DNA of 64,000 bases from Candidatus Aminicenantes bacterium (GTDB lineage Bacteria; Acidobacteriota; Aminicenantia; Aminicenantales; JAFGBC01). The notes below the pieces were generated by a model. It was not told the origin of the DNA, did no database searches, and worked only from the letters and a program-made list of their open reading frames with translations. Both the position numbers and the translations under genes were made by a program. Location: positions 1,152,001 through 1,216,000 of the forward strand of contig OY969696.1 of the NCBI GenBank assembly GCA_963702005.1, given 5' to 3'. Positions 1-11,722 of this stretch are shown piece after piece (position 1 is the stretch's first letter; each line of letters begins with the position of its first letter).

Positions 1-2
1 AG

Positions 3-920
3 AAAAAGACCGTCAGGTTCATTAAAAGATACGTCAAAAAGGACGGTGCCCTTGTCTGGGGGGATCTGAATACCGTTTTGCAGCAGGATATTAACCGTCA
101 GCCGCTCTATTACATCTCGGCCGTTATGGACATCACCGAACGCAAGCGGGCGGAGGAGGAAGTTCGCAAACTCAACGAAGAGCTCGAGCAGCGCGTCCGC
201 GATCGCACCGCCGACCTCGAAGCGGCCAACAAGGAACTGGAAGCCTTTGCCTATTCGGTTTCCCACGACCTGCGCGCGCCTCTGCGCGCCATAGACGGCT
301 ACGTGCGGATATTGACCGAGGACTTCGAGCCGCACCTCGGCGCCGAAGGCAAGCGCGTCTGCGGCGTCATCGGCGAGAGCGCCCGGAACATGGGCAAGCT
401 GATCGATGACCTCCTATCGTTTTCCCGCCTCAGCCGGGCGGAGATACAGCCCTCGTCCATCGACATGGGAACGCTCGCTCATTCGGTTTACCACGAACTG
501 ACGACAGCGGAGAGCCGGGAACGGATCGATTTTCAAGTCGGTTCCCTGCCGGGCGCGATCGGCGATCCGACCTTGATCCGTCAGGTCTGGATGAACTTGA
601 TTTCCAATGCCATAAAGTTTTCCGCCCGGAAGGAACGGGCGGCCATTGCGGTTGTCGCGGAGCTTAGGGGGACGCAAGCTGTTTACTCCGTGAAGGACAA
701 CGGCGCCGGTTTTGACATGCAGTACCGGGACAAGCTCTTCGGCGTTTTCCAGCGTTTGCACAGTCCGAGGGAATTCGAGGGCATCGGCGTAGGCTTGGCG
801 ATCGTCCAACGCATCATTCACCGCCACGGGGGCCGCGTCTGGGCGGAAGGAGCGGTGGACAAAGGCGCGACGTTTTATTTTACTCTTCCCCTTAAGGAGA
901 CCGATCATGGGGGTTGTTAA
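3..920 (+). CDS. PAS/PAC sensor histidine kinase (HisKA + HATPase), 5'-truncated by window edge
   Basis: Frame is open from position 3 ([17 protein letters not shown], a PAC motif). H-box [14 protein letters not shown]-box [10 protein letters not shown]-boxes DNGAGF and GIGVGLAIV. Confidence 0.93.
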   Translation, partial: KKTVRFIKRYVKKDGALVWGDLNTVLQQDINRQPLYYISAVMDITERKRAEEEVRKLNEELEQRVRDRTADLEAANKELEAFAYSVSHDLRAPLRAIDGYVRILTEDFEPHLGAEGKRVCGVIGESARNMGKLIDDLLSFSRLSRAEIQPSSIDMGTLAHSVYHELTTAESRERIDFQVGSLPGAIGDPTLIRQVWMNLISNAIKFSARKERAAIAVVAELRGTQAVYSVKDNGAGFDMQYRDKLFGVFQRLHSPREFEGIGVGLAIVQRIIHRHGGRVWAEGAVDKGATFYFTLPLKETDHGGC

Positions 921-1350
921 AAAGCTGGATATTCTCCTTGTCGAGGACAATCCTCAAGACATTGAACTTACGACAAGGGCGCTCAAAAAACACAACCTGG
1001 CCAACCGGCTTTTTGCGGTCGAAGACGGAGCCGAAGCGACGGACTTTATCTTCTGCCGCGGAAAGTACGCGGAAAGGGACATCTCCTTCCCTCCCAAAGT
1101 GATCCTGCTCGACCTGAAACTTCCCAAGGTTGACGGCTTCGAAGTCCTCAGGCTTCTTAAACAGGACAGTCGAACCCGGTCGATCCCCGTGGTCATCGTG
1201 ACTTCGTCCCGCGAAGATCCCGACATCAAGGCGGCCTACGACCTCGGCGCGAACAGCTATGTCGTCAAGCCGGTCGATTTTGAAGCCTTTGCCGACACGA
1301 TGAGCAAGCTCGGTCTGTTCTGGCTGCTGGTCAATCAACCGCCGGTTTGA
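907..1350 (+). CDS. Single-domain response regulator (Rcp1-like)
   Basis: [29 protein letters not shown] receiver motifs; AAGGAG RBS upstream. Confidence 0.93.
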   Translation: MGVVKKLDILLVEDNPQDIELTTRALKKHNLANRLFAVEDGAEATDFIFCRGKYAERDISFPPKVILLDLKLPKVDGFEVLRLLKQDSRTRSIPVVIVTSSREDPDIKAAYDLGANSYVVKPVDFEAFADTMSKLGLFWLLVNQPPV

Positions 1351-1357
1351 CGAAGGA

Positions 1358-2779
<1,422 letters not shown>

Positions 2780-2847
2780 GGCTGCGGCCCGCGATGGACG
2801 CGAGCGCGGCCCCCCCCGCTGAGAATCCTCTTTGTTGATGCCGGGGA

Positions 2848-3738
2848 TTAACGCGGAAACCGGCTGAGCTCCCGGACGACCTCGGCCACGAGGCGGTTGA
2901 ACTCGTCCGGCCGCTCCAGCATCGGGTAGTGACCCATGTGCTTCATGACGGCCACGTCGAAATCGGCCTTGACCTTCCTGACTCCGGCGACGTCGGTCGG
3001 ATACATGTCGCCGTTGATGGCCCGGAGGGGGACGGCCAGCTTGCGCGCCGAAGCGGCCGGAACGTAGCCGGCCATGGACATGAACATGGCGTAGGCGGCG
3101 TCGGGAGGGGTCCTCATCATCCGGCGTTCGGCGTCGGCGATCACGGCGGGGTCGGCGTCGGCATGGAAGAGCGCTTTCACCATCTGCTTCAGGCTGCCGG
3201 CATAATCGGCGCGGAAGGCCTCGGCCCTCGTGCGCGCCTCCTCCGGCGTGACCGAATAATCGAGGCTATGGAAGGTGTCGACGCCGACGACTCCCAGGAC
3301 TCGTCCCGGCAGGAGAAGGGCGGCTTCGATGGCCACCGGCCCCCCGAGCGAATTGCCGAAGAGGACTATCCGGTTCAGCTTCTCGGCGTCGACGACGGCT
3401 TTGACATCGGCCCCGAACTCGGGGAAGCCCCATTTCGTCCGGTTCGCCCCCGAATCTCCATGACCCGGAAGGTCGAGGGCGATGACGCGGTGGCTTCCGG
3501 CGAACGCCCTGAGCTGGGCGTCCCAGAAGGTGCGGTCGGCCAGCCCGCCGTGGATGAAGACAAGGGCCGGTTCGCCCGCGCCCGCGGCCGAATAGACGAT
3601 CGTGACGCCGTCGGGCGCCGAGCACGTCTTTCTCTCGATCGTTACCGACATTTGATCCTCCGCTTGGACCTTAAACATCGCGGCCGAGGCCGCGATGAGC
3701 AAGATTCCCCACATAATTGTGTAAATCCGGATTTTCAT
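2848..3738 (-). CDS. Secreted alpha/beta hydrolase
   Basis: Signal peptide; HGG, DLPGHG, GNSLGG nucleophile elbow, GHYPMLE. Confidence 0.88.
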   Translation of the reverse strand: MKIRIYTIMWGILLIAASAAMFKVQAEDQMSVTIERKTCSAPDGVTIVYSAAGAGEPALVFIHGGLADRTFWDAQLRAFAGSHRVIALDLPGHGDSGANRTKWGFPEFGADVKAVVDAEKLNRIVLFGNSLGGPVAIEAALLLPGRVLGVVGVDTFHSLDYSVTPEEARTRAEAFRADYAGSLKQMVKALFHADADPAVIADAERRMMRTPPDAAYAMFMSMAGYVPAASARKLAVPLRAINGDMYPTDVAGVRKVKADFDVAVMKHMGHYPMLERPDEFNRLVAEVVRELSRFPR

Positions 3739-3862
3739 GTTTTTTTGACCCCGCGGTCATCTTAATCCCGGCGGACCGCCGAAGTCAAACCGCGGAGCTT
3801 GACGACGGTCCCGGTGGATATGCTATAGAAGGGAAGAAGACCGCTACCCGGGAGGAGCCGCG

Positions 3863-5062
3863 ATGAACAGGTCTCATAACATCACCATGCTCGGCGCCGG
3901 CCTAATCGGAACGTTCTACACGATGACGATCCAGGGCCGGAGAAGCCGCGACCGCGTCGGAGCCGTCTGCGCCCGGACCGAAGAGGAAGCCGGCGCCTTC
4001 GCCCGCAAATGGGGAATTCCGCGCTGGACGAGCGACCTCGCCCAAGCCGTCGAGGACTCGGCGACCGACCTCGTCGTCGTCGGGCTGCCCAACGACCTCC
4101 ACAAGGAGGCCGTCCTCCTGGCGGCCCGCGCCGGCAAGCCGGTCCTGTGCACCAAGCCCCTGGGCCGGACGGCGGCCGAAGCCCTGGAGATGCTCCAGGC
4201 CGTCCGGAAGGCCGGGGTGTTCGCGGGCTACCTGGAGGACCTCGTCTATACGCCCAAGACGCTCAAGTCGCTGGCGTCGGTACGGGCCGGCGCCCTGGGC
4301 CGGATTCTCTGGGTCCGCTCCCGCGAAACCCATCCCGGCCCCCACAGCGCCTGGTTCTGGGACAAGGCGATCGCGGGCGGCGGAGCGATCGTCGACATGG
4401 GCTGCCACTGCATCGAAATTATCCGGAGCTTCGTCGGGAAAGACGTCCGGCCGGTCGAGGTCCTCTGCACGGCGGACACGCTCGTCCACCCCATCGCGGC
4501 CGAGGACTCGGGGATCGGGCTGATTCGCTTCGAGAACAGGGCCATCGGCCAGTTCGAGGTCAGCTGGACCTTCCGGGGCGGCATGGACCTTCGCGACGAA
4601 GTCGCCGGCAGCGAGGGGACGATCTGGCTCGATCATTTCCTGAGGACGGGGTTCGAGATGTTCACGGCCGTCGGCTCGGGCGGTTATGTCGCCGAGAAGG
4701 CGGAGGGGGAGAAGGGGTGGCTGTTTCCGGTCGGGGACGAGGTCCACGAGCTCGGCTACGTCGACATGTTCGGCGACATGTTCGACGCCTTGGACGAGGG
4801 CCGGCCGCCCCGGGAAACCTTTTTCGACGGGTACGTCGTCAACGCCATTATCGACGCCTCTTACGCGTCGGCCGCTTCCAAGCGCTGGGAACCGGTTCGG
4901 CTCGACGAGTGGGACGCCGCCGCCGATAAGGCCGGGGTCGAAAGCATCCGCGGCGAGAAGCGGGGACCCATCCTCATCAAGAAGGAGCGCATGCCCGACG
5001 GGCGGACCAAGCTCATCTTCAAGGATCCCGCGACGGGCGCGATCACGGAGAAGATCGAGTAG
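3863..5062 (+). CDS. Gfo/Idh/MocA family oxidoreductase
   Basis: GAGLIG Rossmann motif, [23 protein letters not shown]; GGAGG RBS. Confidence 0.9.
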   Translation: MNRSHNITMLGAGLIGTFYTMTIQGRRSRDRVGAVCARTEEEAGAFARKWGIPRWTSDLAQAVEDSATDLVVVGLPNDLHKEAVLLAARAGKPVLCTKPLGRTAAEALEMLQAVRKAGVFAGYLEDLVYTPKTLKSLASVRAGALGRILWVRSRETHPGPHSAWFWDKAIAGGGAIVDMGCHCIEIIRSFVGKDVRPVEVLCTADTLVHPIAAEDSGIGLIRFENRAIGQFEVSWTFRGGMDLRDEVAGSEGTIWLDHFLRTGFEMFTAVGSGGYVAEKAEGEKGWLFPVGDEVHELGYVDMFGDMFDALDEGRPPRETFFDGYVVNAIIDASYASAASKRWEPVRLDEWDAAADKAGVESIRGEKRGPILIKKERMPDGRTKLIFKDPATGAITEKIE

Positions 5063-8000
5063 CGAAGCGACAAGGATCTTCGCCCAGGATCTTATCGAGC
5101 GTTCCGACCAGGAGGTCGGCGTCGGATTCCGTGAAGGCGAGCGGCGGCTTGATCTTGAGGACGTTGCGGAAGGGGCCGTCCGTGCTCAGGAGGATCCCCT
5201 CCTCGCGCATCCGCTCGGCGACGTAGCCTGCCGCCGACGTCGCCCGGGCCCGGCTCTCCCGGTCAAGGACGAGCTCGACGCCCAGGAACAGGCCCAGCCC
5301 CCGCACGTCTCCGACGACGGCGTGCCTTCCCATGAGCCCTTCCAGCCCGGCCTTGAGACGGGCGCCGACCTTTTTAGCTTTGTCCTGGAGCTTCTCGTCT
5401 TCGATGACGTCCAGGACGGCCATCCCAGCGGCGCACGAGACGGGATTCCCGCCGTAGGTGTTGAAATATTCCATGCCGGTCACGAAGGCGTCCGCGATCT
5501 CGGGGGTCGTCACGACCGCGGCCAGCGGGAAGCCGTTCCCGATCGGCTTTCCCATGGTGATGATGTCGGGCACCACATCCTGGGTTTCGAAACCCCAGAA
5601 GCGATCCCCCACCCGTCCGAACCCGACCTGGACTTCGTCGGCAATGCAGATGCCGCCCGCCCTCCTGACATAGCGATAGGCGTCTTTGAGAAAGCCCGGG
5701 GGAAGGAGGATTTGGCCGCCGCAGCTCAGCAGGGATTCGTGGATGAACCCGGCGATCTCCCTCCCCTCGGCCCGGGCCCGCTCGATCGCTTCCCGGACAT
5801 GGGCCGCGTAGCGGGCGCCTGCGTCCGGGTCTCCGGTCCTGTACGGCCCCTGGTAGAGGTCGGGCATCGGGGCGACCTGGGTGTGCGGCGGCCTTCCGGG
5901 GCCGCCCGGTCCGTTGAATTTGTAGGGGCTGATCTCGATGAGCGAGGTCAGATGGCCGTGGTAGGCCCCGTCCAGGACGACCATGTCCCTCCGGCCCCTG
6001 AAGTTCCGGGCCAGCCGCAGCGCGAGGTCGTTGGCCTCGCTCCCCGAATTGACGATGAAGCAAACGCGAAGCGGCTCGGGGCAAAGCCCGGCGAGCCTCC
6101 GGGCGTAGCGGACCAGGTTGTCGTGGAGGTAACGTGAGTTCGTGTTCAGGACGGCCAGCTGGCGGTGGACCGCCTCCACGACGCGGGGATGGCTGTGGCC
6201 GACGTGGGGAACGTTGTTGACGCCGTCGAGGTAGACGCGGCCTTCGTGATCGTAGAGATACTCCATGAAGCCGCGGACGATCTTGAGGGGTGTCCGGTAG
6301 GAGATGCTCAGGGACCCGCCGAGGTGGCTCTTGCGCAGCCGGATGATCTCCTCGGGCTCGAGCCGGACGGGGCGGCTTTCCTCCGCGGGAAGGCCCAGGA
6401 TGGGGCCGGGATCCGGGCAGAGGCTGAGCCAGACCTCGCGCTGGGAGGGGCGGGCGACGCCCGGGTAGTTCCCCTCCAGCCCCAGCGGATCCAGGATGAC
6501 TTGAAAATGGAGATGGGGCGGCCAGTCGCCGTTCTCGGGAAAGGGACCGATCGCGCCGATCCGCTCTCCCTTGCGGACGAGCCGTCCCTTGCTGAGCCCC
6601 GCGATCGATTCCCGGCCCAGATGGCCGTAGAGGGTCTGGAAGCGAAGAGGCCCTTGGGCCGTTTCGACGTCGTGCCCGAGGATGACGGTCGGTCCGTAAT
6701 CCTGGCGGGCCGCGTTGTCCACGGCGCTGAGGACGACGCCGTCCAGGGGGGCCAGGACCGGCGTTCCGGGCTCCGCGAAGATATCGATCCCCAGGTGAAC
6801 GGTCCGCCCTTCGGCCAGGGGGCGGCCGGAGGGCCGGAAGGCCTTGGAGGTGTAAATGATGCGCGCCTCGTCGTAGCGCCCGATGCCGACCTCGCTCCCC
6901 TTCTTTCGCATCTCCCGGAATAGGAGCTCGCTGAAGGCTCGGGTGTCGTCGACGATCCGGGGATCCTCGACGAGAAGACTCCCGATGCTCAGGTCGAAGA
7001 CGGTCTTTCGGACATCTTTAAGCGGGACGGCCGTGACCGGACCGAACGAGGGGCGTCCGGATTCGAGCCAGGCCGAGAAGCGCGCTTCCTCGGGGCAGGG
7101 CGTCAAGCCGCAGGCGCGCCGGAACACGGCCCGGGCGAACCTGGGGTGTATTTCGCGGAGCCGATCGAGCAGCTCCCAGGCCTGGCGGTTGGAGATGAAG
7201 AGATAATCGTTGTCGGGCCGGAGCGACGTCTGATGGGCGCAGATCGCGACGCTCATGAGGAGGCGGAGGACGATCAGGGGAAAGAGCAGGTCCAGCTCGA
7301 GCTCGGACAGCGGCGCGACCGAATGGTAGCCCGCGACGATACGGCCGGCGGCGGCCAGCGGATCATCCTTGTCGAGCATTGCGTAGGCGCAGACGACGGC
7401 CGGCTCGGCCAGCCGATAGGAGCGGACCATGTCGCCGAAGTCGATGATCCCGGCGATCGAGCGCCGTCCGAACGCCTCGGGCCGAGTGTCCGGGGGAGTG
7501 ACGATGATGTTGTAGTCGTTTCCATCGTTGTGGACGGCGCCGAGGGCGAGGTCGCCGAGGCGCGGCCCGGCGGAGCTTTCGAACTCGGACAAGAAGCGAT
7601 CGACGAGGGCCCGCCGGACCGGGTCGTCGATGAGGGGTTTGTAGGCGCGAACGGTCTCAGGGCCGGATCGCAGGTCCCAATGGAAGTCCGGACGGAGGCA
7701 GGGCCGGTCGAAGCTCCCCAGGGCTTGGGCGAGGCGGGCCGTGAACGCGCCGAGCTCGAAGAGAAGCCCGGCCGAGTGGGGGCGGGCCGCGGCCAGGGGG
7801 ACGCCTTCAATATAGGAGAGAAGGCGGACGGCGTGGGCCGCGCCGTCGGGGCCGGCCGTCTCGGCGATCCAGCGGCCTTCGCGGTCGGCGATGAGACGAG
7901 GGGCGAGGGGAGGACCGCCCCCTCCGGCCAGATGGTAAAGGGCGGCGTTCTCGGCCTCGAGGTTCGCGACATCCTCGCCGGGGTTGGCAATCTTGAGGAC

Positions 8001-8150
8001 GAACTTGCCCCCGGCCGAGGTCCGGAGCAGGAAGTTTTGATCCCGCTCGCTGGGGAGCTCCTCGGCGCGGACGGATAGGCCGTAGAGTCTAAGGGCCAAT
8101 TCCTCGGCTTTATCCCGGCCCAGGCGGGGCGCGCGTTCGACGCTCGGCAT
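5043..8150 (-). CDS. Fusion of aminoglycoside-phosphotransferase-like kinase, M23 peptidase-like domain and class III PLP enzyme (HYKK/PHYKPL-like)
   Basis: [21 protein letters not shown] (kinase); HLGIDIF, YGHL, PPHLHFQ (M23); [25 protein letters not shown] (class III). Start placed at ATG 8150 after AAGGAG; the ORF track extends to 8213. Confidence 0.88.
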   Translation of the reverse strand: MPSVERAPRLGRDKAEELALRLYGLSVRAEELPSERDQNFLLRTSAGGKFVLKIANPGEDVANLEAENAALYHLAGGGGPPLAPRLIADREGRWIAETAGPDGAAHAVRLLSYIEGVPLAAARPHSAGLLFELGAFTARLAQALGSFDRPCLRPDFHWDLRSGPETVRAYKPLIDDPVRRALVDRFLSEFESSAGPRLGDLALGAVHNDGNDYNIIVTPPDTRPEAFGRRSIAGIIDFGDMVRSYRLAEPAVVCAYAMLDKDDPLAAAGRIVAGYHSVAPLSELELDLLFPLIVLRLLMSVAICAHQTSLRPDNDYLFISNRQAWELLDRLREIHPRFARAVFRRACGLTPCPEEARFSAWLESGRPSFGPVTAVPLKDVRKTVFDLSIGSLLVEDPRIVDDTRAFSELLFREMRKKGSEVGIGRYDEARIIYTSKAFRPSGRPLAEGRTVHLGIDIFAEPGTPVLAPLDGVVLSAVDNAARQDYGPTVILGHDVETAQGPLRFQTLYGHLGRESIAGLSKGRLVRKGERIGAIGPFPENGDWPPHLHFQVILDPLGLEGNYPGVARPSQREVWLSLCPDPGPILGLPAEESRPVRLEPEEIIRLRKSHLGGSLSISYRTPLKIVRGFMEYLYDHEGRVYLDGVNNVPHVGHSHPRVVEAVHRQLAVLNTNSRYLHDNLVRYARRLAGLCPEPLRVCFIVNSGSEANDLALRLARNFRGRRDMVVLDGAYHGHLTSLIEISPYKFNGPGGPGRPPHTQVAPMPDLYQGPYRTGDPDAGARYAAHVREAIERARAEGREIAGFIHESLLSCGGQILLPPGFLKDAYRYVRRAGGICIADEVQVGFGRVGDRFWGFETQDVVPDIITMGKPIGNGFPLAAVVTTPEIADAFVTGMEYFNTYGGNPVSCAAGMAVLDVIEDEKLQDKAKKVGARLKAGLEGLMGRHAVVGDVRGLGLFLGVELVLDRESRARATSAAGYVAERMREEGILLSTDGPFRNVLKIKPPLAFTESDADLLVGTLDKILGEDPCRFATRSSP

Positions 8151-8368
8151 CCGTATCGCCTTTCGCTCCTTGAGTCGCCTGTAAAGGTTAAACTCCGGGG
8201 CGAGATCTGTCAAGGCCGGTTGAAATCGCTCGGTTTTTTCGAGGCGGGCGCCGGCGGCGGAGACGAGGCTTGCATCGAAAATGAGACGGCCGTCGTAGAA
8301 GAGATGTCCGTTGTATTCGGCCGGCGTTTCCCTTACAATAAGCGGTCTTACAGGCGGAGAGATCGATC

Positions 8369-9955
8369 ATGAAGCGAACACAGAACCGCGGGCCGGTTCC
8401 GTTCTATCCTTTTCTATTCGCCCTTTATCCCGCCCTATTCCTCTACACCTACAACATCGAGGAGACCGGGTTCAGGACCGCGCTCGGCCCGCTGGCGGCC
8501 AGCCTGGCGCTCGTCACGGTCGTGTTCCTGATCGCCTGGCTCCTGGTCCGGCGGGTCCGGAAAGCGGCGCTCATCGCCTTCGTCTTCGGCCTGCTCTTTT
8601 TTTCTTACGGGCACGTCTTCAACCTCTTCAAGAGGCCTCCGGCCCCGCTCGCCTGGATCCAGACGGGCTTCTGGACGGCGCTGTTAATCGGCTTGATCGT
8701 CCTCATCGTCCGGCTCCGTAAAGATCCGCTTCCGGCGACCCGCCTGTTGAACGTCTTCAGCGCGGTTTTGGTCCTCCTGGCCGCGTCCCAGATCGCCTGG
8801 TCCGGCCTTGCGGCGCTGAGAGTGGGGCATAAACACCCGAGCTCTCCGGAGGATAAAGTCATCCTCGAAAACCGCGTCAAGCCGCCCCTCGGCTATCTTC
8901 CCGACATCTATTTTCTCATCTTCGACCGCTATTGCGGCCCGGTCGCCCTTAAGGACTATTACAAGTTCGACAATACTCCGTTCCTCAAGAAGCTCAAGAG
9001 CCGCCGCTTCTCGACGGCCTTCGACAGCCGCAGCGGCTACGCGGGGACCTATCTCTCCCTGACCAGCACCCTCAATATGGAATACATCGACAGCCTGTTC
9101 CCCAAGCTTCCCGTCCATAAGCGGTCGATCTACCATCTCCTCCAGGATCACCGCGTCGGGCGGCTCCTGAAAGCCCTCGGCTATACGTATTACCATATCG
9201 GGTCCTGGTACGAAGGGACCAAGCGGAACCCTTACGCAGACGACGAGTTCCGGCCCTCGGGGCTGACGACGCTGAACCAGGACTTCCTGATCAAGTTCGC
9301 CGATTCGACCTGGCTCAACCTCCTTCTCAGGGGGCATGGGATTGTTTCGCGGAACTATCAGCACCGGGAAGGAGTCAAGCAGCAGTTCGCCCGTATCGCC
9401 CAGATCGCGGTGAGGAGCGGACCCAAGTTCGTCTTCCTCCACATGCTGGTTCCCCACTTCCCCTTCGTCTTCGGCCCGAACGGCGAGGATGTCGTCCTGG
9501 ACCGCACGCGAAGCCCGGCCGTCTGCTACCTGGACCAAATCCGGTTTATCAACATGCGGATCCTCCGGCTCATCCGCACCATCCGGCTCAGCTCGCGCCG
9601 GCAGCCCGTCATCATCCTCCAGGCCGACGAGGGGGCGGCCGAGGAGGAGGCGCCCCGGGCCTCGTTCGCCCGGCTCAAAGGGAAGCTGCTCAAGATGGCG
9701 CGGGCCCAGGTCCGCTACAACATCCTCGACGCTTGGAGCTTTCCGAGCGGGATCATGAACAGGATGCCGCACGGCATGAGCCCCGTCAATACCTTCCGGA
9801 TAGTCTTCAACCGCTGCTTCGGGACGGCCTACCCGCTCCTGCCGGACCTGTCTTTCAAGTTTACGGACAATAAGACGGCCCTGAAGAGCGTGGAGGCTTT
9901 CCCCCGGTCCTATTTTCGGTTCACGAAGCGGATGAGCGACGAGCTGCGGGATTAG
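8369..9955 (+). CDS. Membrane-anchored alkaline-phosphatase/sulfatase-superfamily protein
   Basis: About 5 N-terminal TM helices, then PDIYFLIFDRY, TYLSL, HMLVPHFPF, IILQADEG. Confidence 0.7.
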   Translation: MKRTQNRGPVPFYPFLFALYPALFLYTYNIEETGFRTALGPLAASLALVTVVFLIAWLLVRRVRKAALIAFVFGLLFFSYGHVFNLFKRPPAPLAWIQTGFWTALLIGLIVLIVRLRKDPLPATRLLNVFSAVLVLLAASQIAWSGLAALRVGHKHPSSPEDKVILENRVKPPLGYLPDIYFLIFDRYCGPVALKDYYKFDNTPFLKKLKSRRFSTAFDSRSGYAGTYLSLTSTLNMEYIDSLFPKLPVHKRSIYHLLQDHRVGRLLKALGYTYYHIGSWYEGTKRNPYADDEFRPSGLTTLNQDFLIKFADSTWLNLLLRGHGIVSRNYQHREGVKQQFARIAQIAVRSGPKFVFLHMLVPHFPFVFGPNGEDVVLDRTRSPAVCYLDQIRFINMRILRLIRTIRLSSRRQPVIILQADEGAAEEEAPRASFARLKGKLLKMARAQVRYNILDAWSFPSGIMNRMPHGMSPVNTFRIVFNRCFGTAYPLLPDLSFKFTDNKTALKSVEAFPRSYFRFTKRMSDELRD

Positions 9956-9965
9956 GCCGGCTTGA

Positions 9966-10655
9966 ATGAGGATCACGCGCCTCCATGGCTGGCGGAAGAC
10001 GCCCAGGGAGGCGGCCATCCTCCAGTCCGAGCTCCGGGAGCGGCTGGCAAGGAAGCCATTAGTCAGGCCGGTCCGTTTGGTCGCCGGCGCCGACGCGGCC
10101 TATGACAAACGGACGAAACGGACCGCCGGCGCCGTTTGCGTCTTAAGCCTTCCCGATTTAGCCGTCGTCGAGGAGCGGATCGCAATCGCCGAGATACCTT
10201 TTCCCTATGTTCCCGGCCTCCTGACCTTCCGCGAAGGCCCCGTTCTTCTCGAATGCTTCGCCCGATTGGAGACCGTCCCCGACGCCGTTCTTTTCGACGG
10301 CCAGGGGATCCTCCATCCCAGGCGGATGGGGATCGCCGCACATCTCGGTCTGTTCCTCGACCTCCCGACGGCGGGATGCGCCAAGAGCCGCCTTTACGGG
10401 ATATGCGAGGAGCCCGGAGCCCGACAAGAATCCAGGTCGCCGGTCCTGGATCGGCGAGGCGAAATCCTCGGAGCCTGCCTGAGGACCCGGTCCAACGTCA
10501 AGCCGGTTTTCGTCTCTCCGGGTCACGCCATGGATGTGGACTCCGCTGTCGCCCTCGTCCTCGCTTCCTGCTCCCGCTACCGGATTCCCGAGCCGCTCCG
10601 CCGCGCACACCGGCTCGCGGAATCCGCGCTCAAGGGGAGGCCGGGGCCGAAATGA
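9966..10655 (+). CDS. nfi: Endonuclease V (deoxyinosine 3'-endonuclease)
   Basis: VAGAD, FPYVPGLLTFRE, DGQGILHPRRMGIAAHLG, GCAKS, FVSPGH, RIPEPLR. Confidence 0.96.
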   Translation: MRITRLHGWRKTPREAAILQSELRERLARKPLVRPVRLVAGADAAYDKRTKRTAGAVCVLSLPDLAVVEERIAIAEIPFPYVPGLLTFREGPVLLECFARLETVPDAVLFDGQGILHPRRMGIAAHLGLFLDLPTAGCAKSRLYGICEEPGARQESRSPVLDRRGEILGACLRTRSNVKPVFVSPGHAMDVDSAVALVLASCSRYRIPEPLRRAHRLAESALKGRPGPK

Positions 10656-11505
10656 ATTTCAAAAAGGCGGCGGGCGCCGAGCGGTCCGCTTTGAAGCGGA
10701 ATTCGTAGGCGGGAACCGAAGCGACCAGGTCCTTGCAGAGCAGGAGGATGCGGGGCGTCAACGCCTCCTCGTACCAGGGGATGGAACAGAGCGGAAGAAG
10801 ACGGTCCAGGGCGTCGCGCGGCGCGACCGGCAGTATGCGGTTGGCGCGTCCGTGCTTCAGGAAAACAATGGCCGCCAGCGGCGCGCTCCCGTTCCGGGCG
10901 ATGCCCGCGGTCCCGGCCCAGGGGGTGCCAAAGGCCTTGAAGCCCGACCCGGCCCGGCGAAGGACCATTCTCTCATCGCTCAGCACTTTTCCTTCCCGGC
11001 CGGCTTCGAACAGGCATGCCAACGTGCTTTTTCCGGCGCCCGAAGTGCCGGTGAAAATCACGGCCCGGCGGTCGAGGATGAGCCCCGCCGCATGGGCTAA
11101 AAGGCCGTCCCGGCCGGCCAGATGATACATCATCAGCAGCTGGTCGAGGGGATAGCCGAGAGGCCAGGGGTCGCCCCAGAGCCGGACCCGTCTCGCGCCG
11201 CGATCGAAGCGGGCGACCCAAAGCGGCTCGGGATGGCGGTCCGGATGGAGGCTGATCCAACGGCTTTCCCCCTCGCCGCGCATAGACCAGGATTCCTCGG
11301 TGTCGAATAGCTTGTTGAGATGATCGAGCTTGGGCAACGGACCACGGACCAAGCGGAGGCGGATATCGGCGGGCCGGTTGCCGGGGAAGCCGGTCCGGAA
11401 GAAGGGACGATAGAGCGGATCATGATTCCTGAACGAGACGGAAGGATTCGAGGAAACGGCGAAGGCGACCCCGGCGATCTCCAGACGCGGGCGATACGCC
11501 TTCAT
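10630..11505 (-). CDS. HPr-kinase-related P-loop protein (RiPP-cluster associated)
   Basis: LAHAAG, Walker A GTSGAGKST, LSDE, GTPW; last gene of the PqqD/radical SAM operon. Confidence 0.78.
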   Translation of the reverse strand: MKAYRPRLEIAGVAFAVSSNPSVSFRNHDPLYRPFFRTGFPGNRPADIRLRLVRGPLPKLDHLNKLFDTEESWSMRGEGESRWISLHPDRHPEPLWVARFDRGARRVRLWGDPWPLGYPLDQLLMMYHLAGRDGLLAHAAGLILDRRAVIFTGTSGAGKSTLACLFEAGREGKVLSDERMVLRRAGSGFKAFGTPWAGTAGIARNGSAPLAAIVFLKHGRANRILPVAPRDALDRLLPLCSIPWYEEALTPRILLLCKDLVASVPAYEFRFKADRSAPAAFLKFISAPASP

Positions 11506-11539
11506 CCGGACGGGCGGCCGGGAGGGGACGCCCAGCGGG

Positions 11540-11722
11540 TCAGCTCCCGGGCCGGGCGCAGTAGTTGCCGGGGTAGCAGGGGGTGACGCCCTTGCCCGTC
11601 GGCCCCCCCGAGCTCAGCTTGCATCCGATGCCCAGGGTCTGAGTGCCGTCGGCGATGGCCACGATCCGCATCGCGGGTTTTTCGTACGGCTTTTTATTCC
11701 GCAGGGGTTGAGTTGGGTTCAT
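11540..11722 (-). CDS. Putative RiPP precursor peptide (60 aa)
   Basis: MNPTQPLRNKKPYEKPAMRIVAIADGTQTLGIGCKLSSGGPTGKGVTPCYPGNYCARPGS. GGAGG RBS; ATG abuts the rSAM TGA; YxxP RRE-type leader motif; Gly/Cys-rich C-terminal half. Confidence 0.8.
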   Translation of the reverse strand: MNPTQPLRNKKPYEKPAMRIVAIADGTQTLGIGCKLSSGGPTGKGVTPCYPGNYCARPGS

